From positions 248,001-312,000 of the forward strand of contig QPMI01000058.1 in assembly GCA_004431415.1 (NCBI GenBank): a DNA stretch of 64,000 bases. The letters run 5' to 3'. A model generated the notes under the pieces. It was not told where the DNA came from and searched no databases. It saw nothing but the letters and a program-made list of their open reading frames with translations. This stretch comes from Cyanophora paradoxa CCMP329. Its lineage: Eukaryota > Plantae > Glaucophyta. The translations under genes and the position numbers were made by a program. Positions 13,079-25,100 of the stretch are shown here, in pieces; the first letter of the stretch is position 1, and every line of letters begins with the position of its first letter.

Positions 13079-14400
13079 TAGAAAGTGGAAACAACAACGC
13101 GCGGCGGCCGGCTGAAGAATCGAAGAGTGCTAGAGGGCGAGGGCGGAGCCGGAGCCCGAGCCGGGGGACTCGGGGCGGGACCTGGGGCCATGGTCGGCTT
13201 GGCCCCCCAGGGCCCGGACCCTCGCGAGCGCCCCGGCTGCGCCCTCGGCCCGCTCGGGGAGGGGCGGGAGGTTCCGGGGCATGGACGAGAGGCCCGGGAG
13301 GAGCGGGGAGCGCGCCGCGGGGGAGCCCGGCGTGGAGGAGGGCGTCGCGGTGCGCGGAGAGTGCGCGAGGGGCGAGCGCGGCGGCATCTCGATCGGCGAC
13401 GGCCCGCTCGACATCGCTGCGCGCGCGCGCGGGGCGCCGCGTGAGCTCGAGGCGAACGAAGGGCGCGGGGTCGGGTCGGGTCGGGTCAAGTCAGAGCGCA
13501 CATCGTCTGGCAGCGAAGGGCGGCAGGGAGGATGCGGCGGAGGGGGCGCCTAAGGCGGCGGCGGCGCCGCCGGAGGAGGGGGAGGAAGAAGCGGAAGAGG
13601 GGAGCGGGGCCAGCAGGAAGGCCGGGCCGGGCGGGGACGCCGCGGCCGCCATGCCCATCCCGATGCTGGCCGCCAGGCTCCCGAAGCCGCTGGCGCTGGG
13701 GGCGGGGCCGGGGGCCGGCGGCGCCCGGGGCGACGCGGAGTCCCGCGCCGTGCCTGAGGGCGAGCGCACGAAGGGGCTGCGCGGCGAGCGTGCGTTGGAG
13801 CTCGCGGAACCTGTCGGAGGGCGGGATGGTCAGCGGCGCAGGGCGCGCGGGGCGCGCGGACTCGGCGGAGCCTTCGGGCGGGCTGCGGGCGCACCGGACT
13901 TGGGGAGCGGCGGGTGGGGCAGGGTCAGGGGCGCGACGCCGTCGGCGCCGGAGAGGAGAACGGCCCCAGCGGAGCGCCGGGAGGAGGAGCCGCCGGCCTC
14001 GCTCGCCGATGCGGGCGAGCGGCTGTTCTCCGAGTCGCTCCCGTAGGAGCGGGCGCGGGGCCGCTGCAGGCGCGCCGCGATGCTGATCTCGGCGACCTCC
14101 TTGTCCCCGTCCTCGTCGTGGACGAAGATCGGGGGCGTTCCCGGCACGGAGGAGGCGGAGGGCGACTGCGGGCGGGAGCCCGAGGCGAGGAGGGAGCGGG
14201 CGGCCGCGATGGCGCGCAGCTCGATGTGCCGCCCGCGCTCGACCGCGGAGCGCTTCGCGGAGACGTCCGGCTCCTCTTCGTCCTCCGCATCGGCGTCCGC
14301 CTGCGGCTGCGGCTGTCCCCCGCCGCGCTCCGGCGAAGTCGCGCCCGAGCCCGACGTCCGACGCCGCACCGAGGTCCGCCGCGTCTCGTATGCGGGGATC
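13079..14400 (-). CDS. Ser/Pro-rich low-complexity protein of unknown function (boundaries uncertain)
   Basis: Long open segments on the minus strand (IFVHDEDGDKEVAEISIAARL; IEMPPRSPLAHSPR) separated by GC-rich intron-like tracts; no recognisable domain. Confidence 0.35.
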
Positions 14401-15109
14401 GCTGTCTCTGCCTCCAGAGCGCTCGAATCCAGGCAGAGAGAGCCCAGGCCGCCGCCGAGGGAAGCCAGGGAGTCGTTGGAGCCTGCGCGTCAGCCGGAAA
14501 TCAGCCGCCGATGGGAGGCGTGGATCAAACGTGAAACAAAGCACCCGGAGGTGTGTGCCCGGTGCCGGAGCGTGTGCTAGCATCCAGCAGCGCGGAGATG
14601 CGCTGGAGCGCTGAAGGAATCGCCCCGCCGCCGGGGTCCTGTAGCGCCATCGAAGGCTGCGGAGGCCTCCAGGTTTGCCGAAGTTTGCCTGCTGAGGTTG
14701 CCTGCTGAAGGTCGGCCGGAGAGCGCCGCGCGGGAAACCGGGTGTATCCAACAGCCGGATGTTTCGAACCCTCGCTTCAAATAGAGCAGCGAAGCGACTG
14801 TAGCTGCAGTTCCGGCCACGCAGAAAGACTCGGGAGGCTCGCCGATGTCGAATCCTCCGCAGTGACACTTCTTCGACCTGTACCCCTTCGCGCAACCTGC
14901 CGCACGCGCTTCTCGCCCCGGTCTGGGCAGCTGCTCGGCCTTTTCACAAGCGATGCGCATTCAAGATCGGAGATAGTTGAGAAGCTTCGGAGTTCAGCGC
15001 ATGCGCATTGGGTTCCTCTGCGAACGTCAGCTCCGTTTGACTGCCTAGCCTTGTTCTAGCTGGATCCTATCCTTGCAGCTGTAGGCAGCGTACAGCGCCT
15101 GGCTCCCCG

Positions 15110-17241
15110 ATGGCGGAGCAGGAAACTGCGAGCAAGCCGCTGGACGAGGCGGAAGAGGCCGAGCGGAAGGAGCGTGGAAGAATTGCCGCCAAGAGAAGCA
15201 GAGAGAAGAAGAAAGCAATGGTGAGGCTTTTACGCGTCGCGCCGCGGCCGGGCCTTCGGTCGGATCCGAGCCCATGCATGCGCAGGTTTCGACGCTGCAC
15301 GAAGAGAACGCCCAGCTCAGGGCCGAGGTCGAGTATTTGAGAGCAAAGGCGAGTAGGAGACTCCTGCGGGACCTGCGCAGCCCAACGCTTCATGCCCACT
15401 GCTCCGACCTAATGCGTACTTATCTCCTCTCGCAGGTCCAGCAGACGAACGTTACAATTCCATACAACGTACGTACAACGGGCATGCGCGCGGGGATTCG
15501 ACCTCACATTCCGCTACGCACGCGCAGAGCGAGAGCCAGTTCATGAAGGCGTCGTACGAGTTCCTGTCGAACAGCCTTCCGGAACTCGTCTTCGCGTCGG
15601 TGAAGAACGTGCTCTACAGTGCGTCGCCTCGGCCCGTCGTCGCCCCGCCCCGCCGCGCGGCCGGGGCGAACGCAGCGCCCGTCCGCAGTGCGGAAAGCGA
15701 CGAACACGACCATCACGCGGATCTTGGCCGACGTACGCCGTTCCCGTCGATCCCCGAGCGCGCACCGCGCTCCCCCGCCGACGCATCGCCCTGCAGCTCT
15801 CTCAGATCGTCACCCCAGCAGCAACGATGGTCAGAAACCTCGCTGCCCCCCACCCCGCCCCCCCTACGGCGACTCCCGCCGACCCTGCTCCCCAGGAGAT
15901 GCACATGTGGACCGCGCGCGCCTGGGTACAGCTGAAGAGGTCCGGCATCGGTGCGGCCGCGGCTCTCCCCCATCCCCGCCGTGCGGCCCCCTTCCAATCT
16001 AGCCGGGCCGGACCGGGCCCCCCCCTCCCAGTGCCAAACGAGCCGCTCCTGACGGCGATCAACGAAATCGACGGCCCAAAGTACGAGAACATGACGCCCG
16101 AACAGTTCTCGGTACGGTGCTGTACCCTGGTGGGGTGGCCGGGGGGCCCACTTTCGGCGCAGCACTTTTTCCACCACAAAGATTCGAACCTGGACCGCAT
16201 CACGGGCATCATGAACAACATGAAGAACCTCAGGAGTGCGCCGTACCCCTGAACGAACCTCTGGGGCCGCTGGCCCCTTTCTTTCTCGAACGCCGTACCC
16301 AGGGCTGGTCGCCGAGATGCAGGCCGTGGGGCGGCAGCTCGAGGTCGACACGGAGTGGTATGGTGCGCGCGTACCCCCTCCCTTCCCCACCCCCCCAACT
16401 TTCTGGGAACCGATACCCGTCCGTCGCGCCGCAGCGGCGCACATGGAACGGAGCCTGGAGATCCTGGCTCCGGATCAGCTCGCGAGCTACTACCGGTGGT
16501 TCGAGGAGTGCGTACCCCTGCCCCCTTCCTGGTCCGCTCTTCGCCAACGCCCTTCCCCGCTAGGCACCTTCCCCTCATCCAGGATACGGTAAAACAGACC
16601 CTCGCGGCTGTCTGCGCCCTAAAGAAGCTGACGCGCGCACGAAAACGAACGGAAAAAAAGGTCATCGGGCACCGCTTCAAGATGCCGGGTACCCCCCTCC
16701 GCTCAACCCCCCCCTTCCCCCCGGGGCCGCCGCTTAGCCGGGCGCTCCTTCGCTCCCGCAGAGCTGAAGAGCGCCTCGGCTGTCTTCCGGTCGGCTTCGA
16801 ACCCGCCCGGGGTACACGCCGCGCACGCCGCGCCGCCCGCCCGCCGGCCGCCGCGCGAGCCTAACTCTGCACCCCCCCCTCCCCCCAAAAATCCAGCCTC
16901 AGGCGCCGCCCATCTTCCCGGCTCCCCCCGACTCGGCCGCGGCCGCAGCGGGGCCCAGCTTGTGCGTGCGGCTGTTTGCTCTCCCGCGCGGCGGGCTCGC
17001 CCGGCTGTCTGACTGACGCGGGGGCGCGTGCAGCAACGCGCCAGCGCCCTCGGCAACTCCGTTCGCGGGGCCGGCCCCGGCTCACGCGGTGGCCACGCAG
17101 CCCAGCCCCATGCCCCAGCTCGCCGGGCCGCCCCCCGGAGCCGGAGCGGGGTACGGCCCCCCCGGCGGCGCCGTGTGGCCGCCAGGCGCGCCGCCGCCGT
17201 CCGCCCCTCCGATACCGACGCTCAACGACGTCATAGCCGCC

Positions 17242-17275
<34 letters not shown>

Positions 17276-18321
17276 GGCAGCAGCAGCAGCAGCGGAGCCC
17301 CCCCGCCATGCCCCCCTCCTCAGACCCGCGGGCAGCCCAAGAGCGCTCCCCGCATCCCATGCACCCGCAGCTGCAGCAGCTGCAGCTACAGCAGCTGCAG
17401 AAACCCCAGCCGCACTTCCCCCCGCCCGCCGCCAGTTCCTCCGCGTACGCCCCCGCCCAGGCTCCGCATTCCCCGCACGCCCTCCTTGCCGCCGCCAGCC
17501 CCGCCGCCGCGGCTTTCGCATCCACCCCGCACTCCGCGGCGGCCGCGGCGGCCGCGGCGGCGGCTACCGGAGCCTACCGGTCCGCGATGCGCGTCGACGT
17601 GCCCGGCGGCCCGGGCGGTGGCGGCGGCGGGCCCGCGCCCGGCGAGCGCAAGCGAGGCTCCGTCGAGTTTAACCCGGGTTCGAATCCCGCCGGCCCCGCC
17701 TTTTCGCCCCTCGAGCTCACCCTGCGGAAGGGCAAGGGGACCTGCCGGCGGCGCAGTTGCACCCGGCGCGGCCCGGCGCGCCCTTGTGGCTTGCGACCGG
17801 CCCCATCGCCCCCGCCGGCGCCGGTGTCGACCCCGAGATCCTCCGGTTCGTTCCGCCTCCTCTTCCGCGACAGCGCCGTACCCCCCGCCGCTGAGCGCCG
17901 TACCCCCGCAGGCGGATCATCCGTGACGCAGTCGGCAGAGAGGTCGCCTGCTTCTTCCAGATGGCCCCGCCGGGCGCCGGCCCGCCCCCGCCGCCCCCCG
18001 AGCCCCTGTACTTCGCGGGTGTACCCCCCCAGGCCTACGGGAGCCCGGGCGAGCCGATCAGCAACGGGCCGTCCCCGCACCACGACGCCGGGTCGTACAG
18101 TACCCCCGACTCGATCCCCCCTCCGTACGAGGCCAGGACCCAGAGGCGCGATTCCCTTGCCCCCCCCCCCCTTCCGGCCCCGTACCCCAGACGCTCCTGA
18201 CGCCATACCCCAGCCTGATGCTGGACAACCTCATCGCGGAGAGGATGGTACCCCCCGAGGGCGTGGAGGCGTCTCTTGCGCGGGCAGCGCGGGACATGGG
18301 ACTCGCCCTCGGCATGCGGTG
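15110..18321 (+). CDS. bZIP transcription factor with Gln/Pro-rich C-terminal region
   Basis: Basic region ERKERGRIAAKRSREKKKA spliced to zipper VSTLHEENAQLRAEVEYLRAK; polyQ at ~17242-17291; 3' end approximate. Confidence 0.7.
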
Positions 18322-19165
18322 AGGCGCGGCGGCCCGGGCTCGCAAGCGCGCACGCACGCATGGGCGGTTCTCCTTCGCCTCGCCTCGCCTCGCCTCGCCC
18401 GCGCGCTGGCGGCCGCAGCAGCCGCAGTATTGTCAATTATTACTCTCAGGTTTGGATATGGGTATTTACAACCAGTTATTGATTAGTAGTTGTCAGCGTT
18501 TATCTGCGAGGTAGACCGGGCGGGGTTTCTTTCTTTGCTCTTCAGGGCACTCGTGCAGCATTTTACGCAGACTAGACACTTCAGCCCCCCCACCCTTCCT
18601 CCTCACATCACGACACATGGCCCCAACCACAGGCAGTTTTCCCCACCTTGTGAAGATGTTTATTGCGCACCTAGAGTCCTCTCTTCAGTTAAGTTGGATT
18701 TTCCTCGTTACAAAACTATAGTTTATTCTATATAAATTATAGTATATCTCTCTCACTGGTACAAGAACTCTCAGGAACGCAAGGTTTTTCGTGCTGCCTT
18801 TCCCGAACCTTCAGCGTCTACGTATACGCCTGTGCACGCGCTGTGCACGTGCGCGCATGCGCGCGCACATCGACATCGGTACCGGTTGAATCGAATATCC
18901 AAATGAGATCAAAATCTAAACCGGTACCACATGCCGCGGTACCCGTTGCGCGTTCTCGAAATGCCAGGAGACGTCATCACTCCATATAAATTGTGTTCGC
19001 AAACGCAAATACAAGCCGGGGCACATGCACTGCAGGGTACCGCTTTTCTACAGGCGGCAAGCTTGTCTGAGGGTGCGCAGCGCTAAGGATGCAAGCAAAT
19101 AGGAAAATAAAAACCGTTGGATAATGAATCTAGATGGCTGGACTACCTAGATGAGAAAGCTGCGG

Positions 19166-22100
19166 CTACGGGCTGCCGCTCCCCCCCGCAACCGGCAGGG
19201 GGGTACCCGGCGTGGGCGTGGGCGGCCACTGGTCCTCGAGGAAGGAGCGGGGGGGAAGCGCGGCGGGGGTACTGGGAATGGACGTGCGGCCGCCGCGGCG
19301 GGCGCCGCACTGGTAGACGGCCGCGACGAATGTAAGCAGCAGGCGAGCGTTCACCTGCGCCGGGCCGCCCGTCAGGCGCGCGGGGCCTCGGCCGCCCTAG
19401 GACTGGCCTGGCTAGAAAAGGGAGAGATCTTCTTATGATAGAAGCTCTTACAGATAGGGGCATCTTTCAAAAAATCTCTATAAGATTTTACATAAGAACC
19501 GGACCTCGACGATGTCCTCCCACAGGATCATGGCCTCGATGTGGGCCCGCCAAGCGCTGCTCACGACCAGCCGCGCGTTCGCCTCGCAGTCTGCGGGCGA
19601 GGCGGGCGGCCAGCCGGCGTCGGAGGGGAGAGAGCGGGAGAGGCGAAGAAGGCTTGACTATAAATAGACAGCGAGCGAGGGCTGGGCGGGGCGGGCCGCC
19701 GCACCGGCCGGCGCGTCGCTGCCGGTAACGAGGAGCGAGAGGACGACCGTGCCGGGGTACACCGCCTGCGATCCGGTGAGACGGAATCCGCGTACCCCCC
19801 TCCCCCTCCGAGGAGGATCCGGACCTCGAGGAGGTACGCGAGCCAGAGGCCGTTCTTGAGGCTCTTCTCGCGGAACGAAGCGATCTGTGGCGCCGGTCGC
19901 CCGTCGCGCTCCATCTCCCGGACCTGTTGCGGTACCCCCTTGAGGAGGGATGAAGCGGGGAGGGGGATGGAGCAGGGGGGGGTACGGCCGCGCGCCCGCG
20001 CGTTGGCCCACTTGATGAGGTCGGCCTCCGTCAGGTCCTCCCCCCCGCCGCCCCGCACGCTCTGGAGGGGGGTGAAAGGGCAGATGGGGGGGGGGCTGGC
20101 GGGGGGTACGGGGTGCACACCTTCAAAAAGTTGAAGAGGTGGTACCGCCGGAGCTGCCAACCGACCGCTGCGGCGAGCGTGAGCGTCGGTGGGGGTAGCG
20201 AGGCAGACGGGCGGGAAGGGGGAGGGGTACCGAGGATGAACTTGCGGACGCCGTCCGCGATGTCGGTACCCCCCATGGCGACGACCTGCCGGGCGGCGCG
20301 GCCGGGCGTCAGGAGGCAGGCGGGGCGGGAGACGAAACGGGCCCCGGCGCGCCTCGATGCGGATCTTGTCCTTGGCGACGCTGAGCGCGTAGTTGCAGTT
20401 CTCGGCTTTCTGCCCCCGCCCCCGCCGTCAGGCCAGGCCCCAAGAAGAAGGCGCGACGCTCATAGCGCGCAAGGCGCTATGCTTACATAAGGCGCGCGCG
20501 GCTCTAGGCTTCAGGGGCGTGGGGCTGGGGGCTCTAGGCTCCAGGGTGCAATGCCTTCAGTTTAGCTGGGGGCGGGCCTGCCCGGGGCTAAAGGCCGTCA
20601 AGCTAAACTAAAGTAAGTTTGTTGGAGTCTCGCTTGAGGGCCTTAGAATAGCTAAACCCAACCCTTTTTAAGCATGACGGGCGGAGCGGGGGGGCGGGGG
20701 AGCGGACGTGCCAGGGAGGCTCTCAAGCTCCACTAAACGAAGTCTGAGCCTTACTTGAGGGCCTAGGGCCTAGGGCGGGCGGGGCGGGGGGGCGGGGGGG
20801 CGGGCGGACCTGCCAGGGGCGCTCGGGGCTCTTGTTGACCTTGCGCCACTCGACGCTGCCCGGAACCAGCCGGTCCATCACCTGCCGGGCGGGCGGACGA
20901 GATCGAAGGTGAATTGGGCAGGATTGGAGGTGAGAAGGGCGGGCGAGTCCGGGGCGGGCGCCCCTCTCTATAAGATTCTCGGCGCCAAGATAGAATATGT
21001 ATAAGATTCTATAAAATGCCGGCGATGGAGAGCATGGTCGGTGGCTCGGGCGGGATTGGAGGTGAGAGGGACGGTGGAGGGCAAGGGCGGCGGCAGTGGA
21101 GTGAGGGGCGGGCGGGCGGGCGGCGCTCGGGGAGGCCCTCGAGTGGGGGAGGCAGGGGGAGGGGGGAGGAAGACGGGGGAAGAAGAGGAAGACGCGGAGG
21201 AACTAAACTGACCTAAACTTGACAACAACGCGAACTAGACCCTAACAAGGCCTACCGCCCCCTCTATCTCTAACTTGGAGGGGCGGACGTGAAGGAACTA
21301 AAAGCGCTCGGATGGACAAACGGACGGAGGGCGCTCGCGCGGCCGCCTTGAATAAACCCGGTGCGTCTAGATCTGCCCCTCCAACTTGGGCGGGGGCGGG
21401 GTCGCGGGCGGGGCGGACGTGGAGGAAGACGAGGCCGGTGCGGACTAATATATGATTCTATAAGATGTAAGGGCGGATTATAAGATTACCTTATACGATT
21501 CTATAAGATTCTAAGATTCCAAGATCTAATATCTTGTACGGTTCTAGTATAGGACTGTGAGGGCGGACGTGGAGGAATACGAGGCTGGTGCGGACTATAA
21601 GATCCTATAAGATTATTAGGGCGGATTATAAGGTTATTTAGTACGATTCTATTATAGGATTGTAAGGGGCGGACGTGGAGAAAGACGAGGCCGGTGCGGG
21701 CGTCGAAGAAGAGGTACGTGAGGGGCGGCACCGCCAGCCCCAGCCCGTTGATCCACGCCCGCAGCGCTGCGAGGGCGCCGGTCAGGTGGGGTTGGCCTGT
21801 CTAGAGCCAGTCTAGGCGCAATCTAGGAGCAGTCTAGCCCGTTGAGCCACGCTCGCAGCGCTGTGGGGGCGCCGGCGGGTCAGGGGGGAGAGCGGTCTAG
21901 CCGAGGCGGAGTGGGCAGCCCCCCTAGGAAGGTCGCTGTTGCTCCCTCTAGACGAGCGCGGCCCCTACCCCCGCCCGCCAGTCTAGAGCCGCAGCGACTC
22001 GGCGGCTCGGCGAGCCAGCCAGACGCGCAGTCTAGGCGCAGTCTAGGCGCAGTAGTGGGCGGCGCAATCCAATGTAAACCCGTAGAGGACCCTCAGAGCA

Positions 22101-25100
22101 TTAGGAACCTCTTAAAGAGTCTTAAAGAGAGCCGACGCCCTGCCCCCCGCCCCCCGAACAGACAGACAGTAAGAGAATCTCTAAAGGGAACCTCTAGAAG
22201 AACCCCTCAAAAGATCTCTACGGGACGCGCAGTCTGGGCGCAGTTCTAGGCGCAGTAGCGACTCGGGGCGCTAGAGGGCGTCGCTCGGCGGGGGCGGCGC
22301 AGTCCAACGTATACTTGGAGGGAAGGCGGAAGTGGGGGCGCCGGCGCACCGCACTCCTCGCGGCCCTCGGCCTCTAAGCCTCTAAACCCCTTCAAGAACC
22401 TCGAAAAGATCCTCTAAACCACTTTAAGAGCCTCTAAAAGAGAACCTCAAACGGAACCTCATGAAGGACCTCTAAAGGAACCCCGGCCCCCGAACAGCGG
22501 CGCACCGCGCTCCTCGCGGTCCTCGGCCTCGGCGGGGTCCACGGAGCGCAGGGAGCGCGCCCGCGGGGGCGCCGGCAGCGCCGGGCCCCGCCGCCCCGCC
22601 CGCTGCGCCCGCGCGCGCGTGCGCCGTCAGCGAGCGAGCGAGCTGAACTAACTTCTAAGAGGATTAGGCCTTTCAAACGCTTGGGAACCGCCGTCAGCGC
22701 CGTCTTAAGCGATTGGGATTCCGCCACTGCCGGCCCTAGGTCCCTAGAGAGCCTTCCTTGAACCATAGGTTCTAGCCCTCTACTCCTCTAGGACGTTAGT
22801 ACGGGGGCCGGCTAGGAGCGCACGTGGGCGGAGGCGACGAAGAGGTCGACGAGGAGCGACGCCGTCAGCAGCGGCGCCCCCTGCCCGCCCCGCCCCGCCC
22901 CGCACCGTCAGCACGCGCCCCGGCGGGAGCGGGGCGGGGGTGTGGGCGGGGGCGGGGCGGGGCGGGGCCAAAGCTATGACGAACGGAGATACGCTAGGTT
23001 CTCCATTTAGAGGTTCTTCCTTAATTAAGAGCATTCTCCTGAGCAAGCAAGCAAGCAAGCAGGGGGCGGGGGGGGGCGGGCGGGCGGGCGGACGGACCCT
23101 CAGGATGTCTTCGGGGGAGGCGAGGGGCGGCTTGCCCGCGTAGGCCGTCGCCGCCGCCACGGCGCCCCGCGCCCGCGCCGCCGCCTCGGGGCTCGAAAGC
23201 TCCGCCGCGTTCGCCGCGTAGCACGGCTGCGGGCAGACGGGGCGTTAGAGCACACTCCAAAAAATAGCTTAAGAGATCTAAGGGCTCTAATCTCTTCATT
23301 GATTTACTCAGCGCGGGACGGGGCGGGGCGAGGCGGGGCGGGGCGGGGCGGGGCGGGGCGGCGGCCGCGTCAGACCAGCAAAGGCTCTTCAAGGCTGATA
23401 GCTTCTAATCGCTTCTAGTGTCCAACGCAAAGGCGAAGGCTCATGAAAGAGGACGAGAGGGCGGGGGGCGGGGGGGTACCAGGTCGAGGTGGCGGATGAG
23501 GCGGCCGAGCACGTCCCCGTCCGCGAAGTCCTCCCCCAGGTTCTCCACCTTCCGGGGTACAGCGTTCAGGGCGGGCCGGGGCGGGGGGGGGGGGGGGGGG
23601 GGGGTCGCGTCGAGCGGGGAGGGGCGGGGAGGGAGGGGCGGTCCCCACCTGCCGCGTGCACAGAGCCTGCGGGGGTACGCGTTGAGATGGGGGTACGGGG
23701 AGCGGAGGGGAGGGGTACGGGCCTCCTTGAGCTCGCGGCGGAGCCAGCGGAAGAGGAGTGCGTCCGCCGGGATCGAGCCGGGGTTCTCCCCCTCCTAAGA
23801 CAACGAAAAAGGACGGGTGAGGGGTACGGGGGGCGGCCGGGCGGGGGTACGCTCGCCTCGAGGAGCTCCGCGACGAACGCCTTCATGCGCAGGCGCTCCA
23901 CCCCCGCGTACACGCATCCCTGCGGGGGGGGGGGGGGGGTACGGCGTTGGAGGGGAAGAGGGCGATGGGAGGGGGGTACGCAAACCTCAGCGAGCAGCCA
24001 GGCGAGCTTGTAAGCGGAACGGTAGTCCCCATCCGCGACCTGCGGGGGGTAGGCGCGCTCGACGGGGCGGGGGAGAGAGGCAGCCGGGGGGTACGCGATC
24101 GGACCTCGTCGGCGAGGGAGGGGGCTACCGGCATCCCGCAAGCGGCGGCGGCTCGGACGGCCAGCGCGAGATTGAAGCGACGCTGGGGTACATGTTAGGG
24201 GGGCGGTCGGAGTTGCGCGGGGGGGTACGGGTGCACCTGCTCCTCGGAGCGCTCCTCTGGGCCGAAGGCGATCACGCGGTCGTCGATCGTTCCGGGGTAC
24301 GCGATATTCACCAGCACGCTGCGAGGGTTCGGATGAGGGGGGGGGTACGTGCGCAAGCGCACGGCGGGGGGGGGGGTACGCACGCGAGGAGGGCTCCCTC
24401 GGCGATGGCGCGGGAGAAGTGGCGGCAGCGGCGCGGCAGCGGCAGCGCGTGCGCGAGCCGCGGCACGGGCCCCAGCACCGCGTTCAGGTAGTCCACCTGC
24501 CGTGCCAGCCGGGGTTCGAACCCGCCCGTGCGTCCTCCTAGGAGGTAGGAGGAGGTGGCCGGGGTACGCGATAGACAAAGAAAGCGCGCACGACGGGGGC
24601 CAGCTCCTCGTTGAGCTCGTCCGCCTCGTCACGGTCCAGCAGCGCCAGGCGCTCCGCCTCCAGCCGCGCCTGCGGACGGAGGGTACGGGTACGCCCCCGC
24701 TCAGCCCCAGGAAGCTGGAGGGGGGTATCCTATCCTATCCTATCGGAGGGCCGCGCGCGCCTGCTCGGCCTCCAGTCGCTCCCGCTCGGCCCGCTCCTCC
24801 GCCTCACGCCTGATCCGCGCCGCCTCTTCAGCTTCTCGCTTCCCCCGCTGTATTTCTTCTTCTTCCTCCCTGCGGCGCCGCTCCTCCTCTGCCTTTCTTA
24901 TCCGTTCCTCCTCCTCGCGCCGCTTGCGTTCTTCCTCCTCTCGCCTCCGCCTCTCCTCCTCCTCTCTTCTTAACCGTTCCTCCTCCTCGCGCCGCTTGCG
25001 TTCTTCCTCCTCCCGCCGCTTGCGTTCTTCCTCCTCCCGCCGTCTCCGCTCCTCCTCCTCCCTCCGCTTTCGCTCCTCCTCCTCGCGCCGCTTTCGCTCC